Assembly (NCBI GenBank): GCA_964651635.1
Contig: CAZYWT010000002.1
Coordinates: 1 to 48,643 of the forward strand
Source of the DNA: an uncultured Candidatus Saccharibacteria bacterium
GTDB lineage: Bacteria; Patescibacteriota; Minisyncoccia; Minisyncoccales; CG1-02-41-26
DNA: 48,643 nt
Direction of reading: 5' to 3'
The position numbers were made by a program, and so were the translations under genes. The first letter of the stretch is position 1. Every line of letters starts with the position of its first letter. Below are positions 40,666 through 48,643 of this stretch, in pieces. A model generated the notes under the pieces. The model searched no databases. It was not told the origin of the DNA and worked only from the letters and a program-made list of their open reading frames with translations.

Positions 40666-41022
40666 TTAGTCGATTTTTTCTCGGTAAATATCGTTAAGTT
40701 TGGGAGGAGATTTTTTGCTCTTTTCTTCTTTCTCTCCCATTGTTTTTGCTCTGGGTATAAGTTTATTTTCCAATTCTTGGGCTATTTTTTCCGCTTTTTC
40801 CAGTGTTGTGTTTAGTTCCAATTTTATAGAGACCGGGAACTCTTCTTTGGATAAATCTCCTTTCCCCCTATAACTAACCAGTTCCGCTAAAATTTGGATG
40901 TTGGGCTTTCCCCCCTTTTTAACTTTGCGAAAAAACTCTTTATTATCCTCGCTTAATCCTTCCTTTTCTAAAATTTCCTCTATTATATCCGATGAATTTT
41001 CGGGAAATATTATTTCTGCCAT
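40666..41022 (-). CDS. Small acidic/charged cytoplasmic protein, unknown function
   Basis: 118 aa with no TM helix. It lies 11 nt downstream of the VirB6-like gene on the same strand. Confidence 0.6.
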   Translation of the reverse strand: MAEIIFPENSSDIIEEILEKEGLSEDNKEFFRKVKKGGKPNIQILAELVSYRGKGDLSKEEFPVSIKLELNTTLEKAEKIAQELENKLIPRAKTMGEKEEKSKKSPPKLNDIYREKID

Positions 41023-41033
41023 AATTTAATTTA

Positions 41034-43136
41034 TTAAGCCGCTTTTTTTCTCCCCCCCGAACTCCCGCTGGAAGAATTTCCGCCCGTTTTTGTTTTTCCG
41101 TGTTTTTGAGCGCCGCGAGAACTACTTTGTCCTCCCTTTTTTGTGGTCCTTCCGCTCGCGCCCGTTGTTTTTTGCGAAACTGGCGGCCCGCCGAGCAAGG
41201 CGTTCATTTTTTCTCTTATAGCTTCCTCTTCTTCTTTGGTTATAGTTTCATCTCCTATTCTTTTCTCGTAATCCCTCCATATAGGGGACTGTTTTATGGC
41301 TTCTTTTTGGGCTTTTGCCCCCATCGTTCCAAATATCTTTAATTTATTTTTATTTAAGCGCTTGGCGATGCTGTTTAATTTTAAGATGCTCGGGGGCAAA
41401 TCCAATAAACTTCTCCCCGACATTTTTTCCACCTCTTCTCCTATCATTTTATCTTTTACCGCTCTTCTCGCTTTTACCCCGGCGTTATGTTCCGGGGTTC
41501 CCGAATCCATTAAATTTTGTTTTTCTTCCTTTACCCTTCTGCCATATTCTTTCCCTTTCACAAAAGGAGAAAGGTCTGGCCTTTTTGAGGAGAGTGAGCT
41601 CAAGTCCCCTCCAAGCCCTTGGACTTCTCTGATAATCTTTCTCTCTCTTTTTTGGTCGCCCAAATCAAACTCCCCTCTTTTTGTAAGTGTTTCCGCCAGC
41701 GCTATTCTTTCTTTTTTGGCTCGGGTTGTGGCGGCTGGCCCTTTCAACTTTTCCTTAATTGTTTGCGACTCCATAGAGTTGACGGCGCCTCGCATGTCTT
41801 GGTCGGGCGCCCATTTTTTAGTTCTTCTTGTGTAATATTTAGAGGACGAAACGCCCAGCATTTTACTTCCCGTTTCCGCTATTGCTTGCCTTCCTTTTTC
41901 TCTCCCCGCCCTTGTGACGACGCCACGGAAAGCGCCCTTAAGTCCTTCTTTTTTAGAGCCGGTTTCCTGAAACCCCTCTCGGAAGCCGGCCACCGCGCCC
42001 CCTATGGCGCCGGTTGCGCCGCTGGCGGCTTTTTTGCCCCTCTTGGTCGTAAATTTACCCGCCTTGGCGGCTCCCGTTTTAAGTCCTTTTGTTGCCATTC
42101 CGGTGGCTTTTGCCAATGTCGCCACTCCCTTGCTCATATAAACGGCTCCAAAAGCCATAAGCCCCAGCGCCATGCCATACAGAAAGAGGATGGGCAAAAC
42201 ATCCCCCCCTTCCTCGGGATATTCAGTCATATTAACTTGTTCTATCATTGCTTGGGCTAAATAAATCAAAAAAGCGTATCCGACCACTTTGATTACATAC
42301 TTAAAAAACTCATTCCACCACTGCGTAAAATATTTTCTTGTCTGGTCGAAGATATAGGCGAAAAGAGCCAGCGGAGAAATAATAGTTAAAAGTGTGATGG
42401 CGATATGCCTCACCACAAAGAGATAAGCGAATTGCAACAAAACCTTTACCAAAAAGACCGTAAACCCGCCTAAAAGAATTATGCTTATTATATTTTTTAT
42501 CATTTTTGCCCCGCCCCCCGCACTTGCCATATCCTTCCAATCTATTTCTTCGGCGGCTAAATCAAAGGCGGTTTCAAATCTTTCCCACTTAATTTGAGAT
42601 GTAAAAAACCTTGTGGCGGCGTTTGCTACATCCACAAACAACCCGCAAATTGCCGGGGTAAAGTTTATAATAAGGGCTATTATAATTAGCAAAGAAAAGG
42701 ATTTTTGGGCGCCAAACTTGTTTTTATCAAGGGCTGTAAGTATCCCGATAATCGCCAGTCCCAAAATAAACAAAATGTTTACAATATCTCTTATAAGGGT
42801 CCAGCCGATTTTTAGGACGGGGTTATTGGCGGGGTTGGTGCTGGAAAAATTACTCAAAACCAAAATATCGCTCACCGCCCATGTCGAAATTCCCACCGTC
42901 AAATGAACTACCGCTTTTAAGACCCTCATTACGGCCCATTCCAAAGCGCTGCCTATACCCTCTAAAAACTTATTCGTTCCCTTGGTTATTAATTTATTTA
43001 TTATTTCTCTCTCCCCTACACCTGTATAAAAGTAAGGCACTCGAGCGCTGGTTTTAGCGGGGATAAAAATAAAAGAAAAACCGATTAAAACTATAAAAAA
43101 GGAAATTAAGGATTTTTGGAAAATTGTTCTCTTCAT
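41034..43136 (-). CDS. VirB6/TrbL-like polytopic membrane protein with a long basic Gly/Lys/Ser/Thr-rich C-terminal tail
   Basis: 700 aa. A signal or TM segment (SLISFFIVLIGFSFIFIPAKTSA) is followed by about 6 further TM helices up to about aa 345. A ~350-aa hydrophilic tail then ends in GGNSSSGSSGGRKKAA. The family assignment rests on architecture and context. Confidence 0.5.
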   Translation of the reverse strand: MKRTIFQKSLISFFIVLIGFSFIFIPAKTSARVPYFYTGVGEREIINKLITKGTNKFLEGIGSALEWAVMRVLKAVVHLTVGISTWAVSDILVLSNFSSTNPANNPVLKIGWTLIRDIVNILFILGLAIIGILTALDKNKFGAQKSFSLLIIIALIINFTPAICGLFVDVANAATRFFTSQIKWERFETAFDLAAEEIDWKDMASAGGGAKMIKNIISIILLGGFTVFLVKVLLQFAYLFVVRHIAITLLTIISPLALFAYIFDQTRKYFTQWWNEFFKYVIKVVGYAFLIYLAQAMIEQVNMTEYPEEGGDVLPILFLYGMALGLMAFGAVYMSKGVATLAKATGMATKGLKTGAAKAGKFTTKRGKKAASGATGAIGGAVAGFREGFQETGSKKEGLKGAFRGVVTRAGREKGRQAIAETGSKMLGVSSSKYYTRRTKKWAPDQDMRGAVNSMESQTIKEKLKGPAATTRAKKERIALAETLTKRGEFDLGDQKRERKIIREVQGLGGDLSSLSSKRPDLSPFVKGKEYGRRVKEEKQNLMDSGTPEHNAGVKARRAVKDKMIGEEVEKMSGRSLLDLPPSILKLNSIAKRLNKNKLKIFGTMGAKAQKEAIKQSPIWRDYEKRIGDETITKEEEEAIREKMNALLGGPPVSQKTTGASGRTTKKGGQSSSRGAQKHGKTKTGGNSSSGSSGGRKKAA

Positions 43137-43165
43137 AAGTTATTATTTTATTATTCATTATAACC

Positions 43166-43972
43166 TCATCTTTTGTCAAACGCTAATTTTACCCATTTCT
43201 CCAGCAGGACCTCTTCGGCTCTTTGATTTGGAACGAGCCCGGCGTTCTTTAACAAAAGCGAAACTTTTTCCTTTGACAATCCCAACTCTCTTTCAAGGTT
43301 TTTTGCCAACTTTTTTCTTTTTTGGGAAAACCCCGCCTCAACAAACTTGGCTATTTTATTATAATCCAAATTTATATTTCTGGAAACCAACAAAAGAAAA
43401 GCGCTTCTTACCTTGGGCGAAGGATAAAAAAGATGGCGCGAAACAATAAAAGATATTTTTGCCTTGGAGAAAATTTGCGTCAAAACGGCCGGTTTTGACA
43501 TATTGGGGGGCGAAGAGCAAATTCTCCGCGCCACTTCTTCTTGAACCAAAAGCCCCATCAACTGCGGCCCCCTCTTTTTTGTTAAAAACTTTTTTATGGT
43601 CGGATAGGTTATATTATAAGGCAGATTAGACACAACCTTATAATCTCCTCCTATATCCAAACCTAAATTTTCTTCTAAAATGTCCTCTCTTATTATTTTT
43701 AGTTTCTTTTCCTCGCAAAATTTATTTCTTAAATAATCGGCGAACTTCTTGTCTTTTTCCACAGCCCAAACGGAAGCCCCTTTTTTTAGCAATTTTTCCG
43801 TTAAAAAACCCAGTCCCGGACCAATTTCTAAAACTTTGTCTTGGGGTGAAATTTCCGCTTCTTTTGTTATTTTTTCCAAAACAATATCTGACAGCAAAAA
43901 GTTTTGCCCCATAGAGCGGCGAGGAGACGCCTCTATTTTTTTTAATATCTTTTTTATTTCTCCTACTTCCAT
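43166..43972 (-). CDS. rsmA: 16S rRNA (adenine1518/1519-N6)-dimethyltransferase RsmA/KsgA
   Basis: GQNFLLSDIVLEKI, the SAM motif VLEIGPGLGFLTEKL and SNLPYNITYP are present. Confidence 0.92.
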   Translation of the reverse strand: MEVGEIKKILKKIEASPRRSMGQNFLLSDIVLEKITKEAEISPQDKVLEIGPGLGFLTEKLLKKGASVWAVEKDKKFADYLRNKFCEEKKLKIIREDILEENLGLDIGGDYKVVSNLPYNITYPTIKKFLTKKRGPQLMGLLVQEEVARRICSSPPNMSKPAVLTQIFSKAKISFIVSRHLFYPSPKVRSAFLLLVSRNINLDYNKIAKFVEAGFSQKRKKLAKNLERELGLSKEKVSLLLKNAGLVPNQRAEEVLLEKWVKLAFDKR

Positions 43973-44169
43973 CGCTTTTTATTGCGCGCTTTTTTATTGC
44001 GCGCCTTTTTATTTTGCGTTCTTTCTTTTTATTTTACACTTTTTGAATTACAAAATACAATTCTCTTTTCTCTCACCTTCTCTTATCCTCCCCCTCCTCA
44101 TCTCCCACCCCATCTCTCTTTCGCCTCCCCTCCTCATCTCCTCGGGGCGGTTGCCCCAATGCAAATCTT

Positions 44170-44202
44170 GGGCGGTTGCTTCCTCCGAGGAAGCAACCGC
44201 CC
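44170..44202. repeat. Perfect 33-nt palindrome GGGCGGTTGCTTCCTC-c-GAGGAAGCAACCGCCC in a divergent promoter region
   Basis: The arms were read directly. They share the stem base GGGCGGTTG...CAACCGCCC with the terminator at 39354-39390. A partial copy GGGGCGGTTGCCCC lies at 44144-44157. Confidence 0.7.
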
Positions 44203-44303
44203 AATCAACCATCCAATTTTTTGTTCTCTCTTTTCTCTCCTGTCTCTCCTGTGGAAAAATCGCTTGACTTTTATTAAATTACAGGTAAATTAAGGAGTAG
44301 ATT

Positions 44304-45350
44304 ATGTTAACCGGAGGACAATTAAATAGACTATGGAGCATTTTGAAATCGCCGAAAAAAACTAAAAAGGGAATTATTTTCCTTTCTTTTTTAGCGGTAA
44401 TAATTATATTTTCTTTTTTTGTTATCGATACCCCCATTCCCGAGCGAGAGGGGTTTTTTAATAAAGAAAATTACTTGTTTGGAGTATCATTAAAAGAAGG
44501 AGAAGTTATTGAGAGCGCCAATATAGTTGACGGGCAATTTCTTGAAAGCGCCGCTCCGCCCTTTTTATTGGAAGGAACTTCCTTTGCCGCTGTGGGAGGG
44601 GATTCGTTGGGCAAAGAAATGATAAAATACGAGGTAAAAAAAGGGGACTCCGTTTCTTTGGTGGCGGAGAAATTTGGGATTTCGGCAAACACAATTTTAT
44701 GGGCGAACAATCTTTCTCAAAATTCAACCATATCTCCCGGGGACGAGTTGATGATTTTGCCTGTTTCGGGGGTTCTCCACATTGTTGATTTTGGAGAAAC
44801 ACTAAGCGGCATCGCCGCCCTTTACGATGTTAATATAGAAAAAATTGTAAAAATAAATTCTCTAAACGACCCCGGCAATATACACACGGGAGATTTTTTA
44901 GTTGTCCCAGGCGCTCGCGAAATTACTGCCCGTAAAAATATTGTCCGAGTTCCCGTTCCCGGCAATTATTTTATTTGTCCTATTCCTTCTCCTTGCCGAG
45001 TAACGCAAGGGCTTCATTGGTATAATGCCGTTGATTTTTCCAATGGGGTTTGCGGAGAGCCGGTGTTTGCCGCGGCCGGGGGAAAAGTTCAGGTAATAGG
45101 ACAAAACGCTATTTCCGGAAATTTTGTTAGAATAATTCACCCCAATAATGTAATTACATTTTACGGACATTTGTCCTATATCTCGGTTGTTTCCGGACAA
45201 AATGTCCGTCAAGGAGATGTAATAGGACATATAGGACATACGGGCTACACAATACCAAGCGGCGCGGCCGGCTGTCATCTTCATTTTGATGTGAGATTTG
45301 CCTCTAACCCTTTTGCCGGTTATGGATACGGGCAAACAATTGCTAAATAA
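44304..45350 (+). CDS. LysM-domain M23 family metallopeptidase (peptidoglycan hydrolase)
   Basis: It has an N-terminal TM helix. Two LysM repeats are present (YEVKKGDSVSLVAEKFGISANTILWANNL and HIVDFGETLSGIAALYDVNIEKIVKINSL). M23 motifs are HWYNAVDFS and GCHLHFDV. An AAGGAG Shine-Dalgarno sequence precedes the ATG. Confidence 0.9.
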   Translation: MLTGGQLNRLWSILKSPKKTKKGIIFLSFLAVIIIFSFFVIDTPIPEREGFFNKENYLFGVSLKEGEVIESANIVDGQFLESAAPPFLLEGTSFAAVGGDSLGKEMIKYEVKKGDSVSLVAEKFGISANTILWANNLSQNSTISPGDELMILPVSGVLHIVDFGETLSGIAALYDVNIEKIVKINSLNDPGNIHTGDFLVVPGAREITARKNIVRVPVPGNYFICPIPSPCRVTQGLHWYNAVDFSNGVCGEPVFAAAGGKVQVIGQNAISGNFVRIIHPNNVITFYGHLSYISVVSGQNVRQGDVIGHIGHTGYTIPSGAAGCHLHFDVRFASNPFAGYGYGQTIAK

Positions 45351-46886
45351 TTATCGGGACTTTTTTCGATAACTTAACGCTTCAAAAATATTTTCGGCGG
45401 TAATTTCTTTGTTTCCTGCAATGTCCGCTATTGTGCGGGCGGTTTTTATTGTTCTGTGAAAACCGCGAGCCGATATTTCTCCCGAATTAACGAATTTTTT
45501 AAGAATTTCTCCCGTTCTTCCTTTTAGCGGGCAGTATTTTTTGATATGAGATGGAGACATTTCGGAGTTTAGCGAGATATTTTCTTTCCTAAATCTTTCT
45601 TCCTGGATTTTTCTCGCTTTCTCCACCCTTTCCTTCGCTTTTATTTGCGTTTTTTTCTCTTCTTCGGAGTTTAGTTCTTCAAATTTTACCGAGTCGACCC
45701 AAGAGAATATATCTATTCTGTCCATTATGGGGCCGGAGAGTTTTCTGCGATAAGCCGAAATTTGAGAAGCCGAGCAAGAGCATTCTTTTTCGGGGTGAAA
45801 ATAAAATCCGCACGGGCAAGGGTTTGCCGCCGCTATGAGAGTGAACTTCGCCGGCATCATAAAGCGGTAATTGGCTCTTTGCAATCCAATCTTACCCTCT
45901 TCCAACGGCACGCGCAGCGCTTCGGCTATATCTCGGCGGAACTCGGGGAATTCGTCCATAAAAATAATTCCCTTGTGAGCGAGAGTGATTTCTCCGACTT
46001 TTGGAGGGTTTCCGCCCCCAATAACCGCCGCTCGCGAAGAAGAATGATGAGGCGAACGAAAGGGTTTTTTCTTAAAAACAGGATTTTCTCTGTCCACAAG
46101 CCCGGCTATGCTGTAAATTTTTAGAACCTCCAAAGATTCTTCCGGGGAAAGTTCCGGAGCGATTGCGCGAATTGATTTCGCTAAAATAGTTTTTCCCGTT
46201 CCCGGGGGTCCCTCAAAAAACAAATGATGTCCTCCGGCGGCTGATATTTCCAACCCTCTTTTCGCTTTTTCCTGCCCTTTTATCCAACTAAACTCCGCTT
46301 CTTCTTCGCCGTTGTTATTTTCTTTTTGGGGAGGGGGAGCGGAGAATATTTTTTCTCCCGAAAGATATTTTACGCATTGGGTTAAATTTTTTACTCCAAT
46401 AACTTCCAACATTTTGTCGAGCGCGAGATTTTTTACTGTTAGGGCTTCTTTTAGATTTTCTATCGGGACAATTATTCGCGAGAAATTATTTTCCATAGCC
46501 AAAAGACAAAAGGAGGCAATCCCTTTGGCCGGTTTTACTTCTCCACCCAAAGAAAGTTCGCCCAAAATTAAGGTTTTTTCAAAATTTACCGACAGTTGCT
46601 CTGTTGCCGTTAAATATCCCGCCGCTATGGGCAGGTCAAAAACAGAGCCCTCTTTTCTTAAATCCGCCGGCGCTAAATTTACCAAAATTCTTTTTCTTTG
46701 TTCTCGCGGGGGCAAGAAGCCAGAGCTTTTTACCGCCGAAGAGACCCTTTCGCGGGACTCTTCCACCGCTTTGTCGGGAAGTCCCACTATTGTAAATATC
46801 CTCAAACCTTTCGAGGAAGAAATTTCAACCTCTATTAAATCGGCTGACATTCCATTTATTGCTCCGGAGTAAACTTTTGAAATCAT
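45351..46886 (-). CDS. yifB: YifB/ComM-family Mg-chelatase-like AAA+ ATPase
   Basis: It has a Lon-protease-like N-terminal domain, Walker A FEGPPGTGKT and Walker B IIFMDEFPEF. The C-terminal segment reads GFHRTIKTARTIADIAG. Confidence 0.9.
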   Translation of the reverse strand: MISKVYSGAINGMSADLIEVEISSSKGLRIFTIVGLPDKAVEESRERVSSAVKSSGFLPPREQRKRILVNLAPADLRKEGSVFDLPIAAGYLTATEQLSVNFEKTLILGELSLGGEVKPAKGIASFCLLAMENNFSRIIVPIENLKEALTVKNLALDKMLEVIGVKNLTQCVKYLSGEKIFSAPPPQKENNNGEEEAEFSWIKGQEKAKRGLEISAAGGHHLFFEGPPGTGKTILAKSIRAIAPELSPEESLEVLKIYSIAGLVDRENPVFKKKPFRSPHHSSSRAAVIGGGNPPKVGEITLAHKGIIFMDEFPEFRRDIAEALRVPLEEGKIGLQRANYRFMMPAKFTLIAAANPCPCGFYFHPEKECSCSASQISAYRRKLSGPIMDRIDIFSWVDSVKFEELNSEEEKKTQIKAKERVEKARKIQEERFRKENISLNSEMSPSHIKKYCPLKGRTGEILKKFVNSGEISARGFHRTIKTARTIADIAGNKEITAENIFEALSYRKKSR

Positions 46887-46898
46887 CTTTCTCTTTTT

Positions 46899-48146
46899 TT
46901 ATTCTTCTTTTTTAGGGGATTCTTTTTTCTCGGGTTTTTCTTCGGAAAATTGAAAACTATCTTTTTCTTGGGCGCTATTCCTGTTTTCTACTTCGTCGGA
47001 GGAAATTGATTGCATCTTCTTGCCGTCCTCGTCCACCGCCGTTATGTCTATTTTCCAGCCCGTAAGTTTAGCCGCCAACCGAGCGTTTTGCCCTTCTTTT
47101 CCGATTGCTAACGAGAGTTGGTCTTCCGGGACGAGAGCTTCCGCCTTATTTTTAGGTTTTATTTTAACTTCTAAAATTTTAGCCGGACTTAAAGCGTTTG
47201 TGATATATTGTTCCGACTCTTCCGACCATTCCACCACATCTATTTTTTCTCCTCCCAGCTCGTTTATTACCGCTAAAATTCTCGTTCCTCTTTGCCCGAC
47301 CAAAGAGCCGATAGGGTCGATTCCTTCTTCTTCGCTATAAACGGCTATTTTGGTTCGCGAACCCGCTTCTCGGGCAATTGACTTAATCTCCACTTGTCCG
47401 GAAGATATTTCCGGCACTTCAAGTTCAAAAAGTTTGGAGACCAATTTTGGATAGGAGCGGGAGAGTTGGATAACGGGGCCTCTCGGGCTTTGCTCCACGC
47501 TTATCACAAAAACTTTAAGCCGTTGTCCGGCTCTGTAAAATTCTCCCGGAACCTGCTCGTTTTTAGGCAAAATACCGGAGGTTCTCCCAACATCCAAAAA
47601 AACGGCTCGGGGTTCCACTCTTTGAACAATTCCAGAAATTACCTCTCCTTCTTTTTCGCTAAATTCCTTTAAGATTGCTTCTCTCTCCGCTTCTTTTATT
47701 TTTTGCAAAATTACCTGCTTGGCGGTTTGAGCGGCTATTCTGCCAAATCCTTCTTTGGGCTCCACCGGAATTTTCAACTCTTCTCCTGGCTCTATGTCTT
47801 TTTTTTCTTTTTTGGCGTCTTCCAACATAATATGTCTCTCCGGATTAAATTTTATCTTTTCTTTGTATTCGCTTTCTTCTTTTTCTTCGGGGCTCATAGA
47901 TTTTAATTGTTCCGCCTCTTCTTCGGATAAAAGCATATCTTCCGTTACCCCTTGCCTTACTTGCCAAAACTTCGCCTCTCCCGTTTTTGGGTTTAGTTCC
48001 GCAATATATTTTTGCCTCTTTTCTCCAAACTCTTTTTTATAAGCGGAAGCGAGAGCGTCTTCTATGACCTCTATAATTCTTTCGCGGGAAATTTCTTTTT
48101 CTTCGGCGATTTCCATAATAGCCGAAGTTAATGTTTTTAAGTCCAT
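46899..48146 (-). CDS. nusA: Transcription termination/antitermination factor NusA
   Basis: The N-terminal domain reads IMEIAEEKEISRERIIEVIEDALASAYKK. An S1 domain (GEVISGIVQRVEPRAVFLDVG) and two KH domains (GSLVGQRGTRI and LAIGKEGQNARLAAKLTGWKIDI) follow. Confidence 0.93.
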   Translation of the reverse strand: MDLKTLTSAIMEIAEEKEISRERIIEVIEDALASAYKKEFGEKRQKYIAELNPKTGEAKFWQVRQGVTEDMLLSEEEAEQLKSMSPEEKEESEYKEKIKFNPERHIMLEDAKKEKKDIEPGEELKIPVEPKEGFGRIAAQTAKQVILQKIKEAEREAILKEFSEKEGEVISGIVQRVEPRAVFLDVGRTSGILPKNEQVPGEFYRAGQRLKVFVISVEQSPRGPVIQLSRSYPKLVSKLFELEVPEISSGQVEIKSIAREAGSRTKIAVYSEEEGIDPIGSLVGQRGTRILAVINELGGEKIDVVEWSEESEQYITNALSPAKILEVKIKPKNKAEALVPEDQLSLAIGKEGQNARLAAKLTGWKIDITAVDEDGKKMQSISSDEVENRNSAQEKDSFQFSEEKPEKKESPKKEE

Positions 48147-48258
48147 ATAATATTTGTTTTTTGTTTTAATTTAATAAATAAGGTCGCTTTCTTTGGCGAC
48201 CCTATTTTTATAATAACTCTCCCAAAAAAAATGTCAAGAAAAAACGCGTAGAAAATAT

Positions 48259-48301
48259 CAGAGACCCGACCTCTGTCACTTTGACAGAGGCCGGGTCTCT
48301 G
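48259..48301. terminator. Palindromic-repeat pair (20-bp arms, 1 mismatch) between the YraN-like fragment and nusA
   Basis: The hairpin is CAGAGACCCGACCTCTGTCA-ctt-TGACAGAGGCCGGGTCTCTG. It lies 16 nt beyond the stop of the minus-strand ORF 48317-48541. Confidence 0.6.
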
Positions 48302-48643
48302 CTTCTTCTCTATTTTTTAGACCGAATTATCTTCGCTTATATTTTTATATCTCCTAATTTTATAATCCCCTCCTTTTACAATTTCCACCGCCACAAGGTC
48401 AATTTGCGCTTCCGTGTTTGAGGGGATATTGTTTTTATCCATATAATCCCGCGCCATTCTAACTAATTGCTTTTTCTTGCTCGGGGTTAAATGGTCTTCC
48501 GGCAAAAAAGGGTCGCTTTCCGCGATTGTTTTTACCTCCACAAAAAAGAGGGCCTTGTAAAATTCCTCCCCTTTTTAGGCGGGGAGTGTTTGACAGAGGC
48601 CGGGTCTCTGCTTCTTCTCTATTTTTTAGACCGAATTATCTTC
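48280..48643. repeat. Direct repeat of at least 55 bp with a 309-bp period (48280-48334 and 48589-48643), cut by the window end
   Basis: Both copies read TTTGACAGAGGCCGGGTCTCTGCTTCTTCTCTATTTTTTAGACCGAATTATCTTC and appear identical. The second copy runs to the last base of the window. Confidence 0.85.
48317..48541 (-). pseudogene. C-terminal fragment of a YraN/UPF0102-family endonuclease-like gene
   Basis: The fragment reads (ALFF)VEVKTIAESDPF...SKKKQLVRMARDYM...IDLVAVEI. The N-terminal half, including the GE.D motif context, is missing. An in-frame stop lies 11 codons upstream of the GTG. Confidence 0.5.

Noticed and set aside
41100-42906. Plus-strand ORFs antisense to the VirB6-like gene (41296-41835, 41619-42260, 42613-42906 and others)
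   Set aside because: They are shadow ORFs of a 700-aa coding frame with clear TM periodicity on the minus strand.
22977-43136. Interpretation of the T4SS-like block as an integrative conjugative element or plasmid remnant
   Set aside because: No integrase, relaxase, coupling protein, oriT-like sequence or flanking att-type direct repeats are visible. The block is wedged between conserved housekeeping genes with overlapping or near-abutting ends. This cannot be fully excluded without searching beyond the window.
1-48643. Alternative genetic code (UGA or UAG reassignment as in some CPR lineages)
   Set aside because: All long genes are uninterrupted under the standard code, and TGA terminates real genes (e.g. 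ruvB at 11174-11176). The only in-frame TAG sits in an obviously decayed transposase remnant.
1-48643. tRNA, rRNA, tmRNA or RNase P RNA genes in the intergenic regions
   Set aside because: I saw no cloverleaf-type or otherwise recognisable RNA gene signatures in the longer spacers (13750-15411, 20558-20969, 43973-44303). This is a visual negative only, and a tRNAscan/Infernal run is needed.

Overview
A 48.6-kb, AT-rich, tightly packed bacterial chromosome segment read with the standard code (TGA is a stop, e.g. at the ruvB end). Gene content and style (short lysine-rich housekeeping proteins, a minimal YidC, pilin-type modules) suggest an ultra-small Patescibacteria/CPR-like genome; that placement is inference. 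The window spans the replication-origin neighbourhood: dnaN<-dnaA on the minus strand, diverging from rpmH-rnpA-yidD-yidC-jag on the plus strand. The left 22 kb is mostly housekeeping: rpsT, holA-like, mutM, a PAS histidine kinase with two single-domain receivers, polA, tsaE, a PilB/GspE-type ATPase, ruvB, an LTD protein, a PIN protein, yebC, ruvC and a class A PBP. It is interrupted by a decayed IS remnant, a MITE derived from it, and other repeats. The standout is a 20-kb, 11-gene minus-strand block (22977-43136) between jag and rsmA. It holds a minimal T4SS-like core (VirB6/TrbL-like, PrgI/VirB3-like, VirB4 ATPase plus a stand-alone VirB4-N-like protein). No relaxase, coupling protein or integrase is visible. 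This core is co-transcribed with about 13 kb encoding four secreted or membrane Cys-rich proteins. Two of these start with a VirB2/TrbC-type pilin module fused to large extracellular extensions (about 470 aa and about 1540 aa). A visibly GC-richer membrane-protein cassette, bracketed by strong hairpins and carrying an A14 tract, splits the block. A palindromic repeat family (core CCAGAGACCCGACCTCTGG) recurs at six sites, including both window edges, and often sits where a terminator would be. The right end carries rsmA, a LysM-M23 peptidase, a YifB/ComM-type ATPase, nusA and a truncated YraN-like fragment inside a duplication. No tRNA, rRNA or CRISPR array was recognised by eye. All functional calls rest on motif recognition without database searches.
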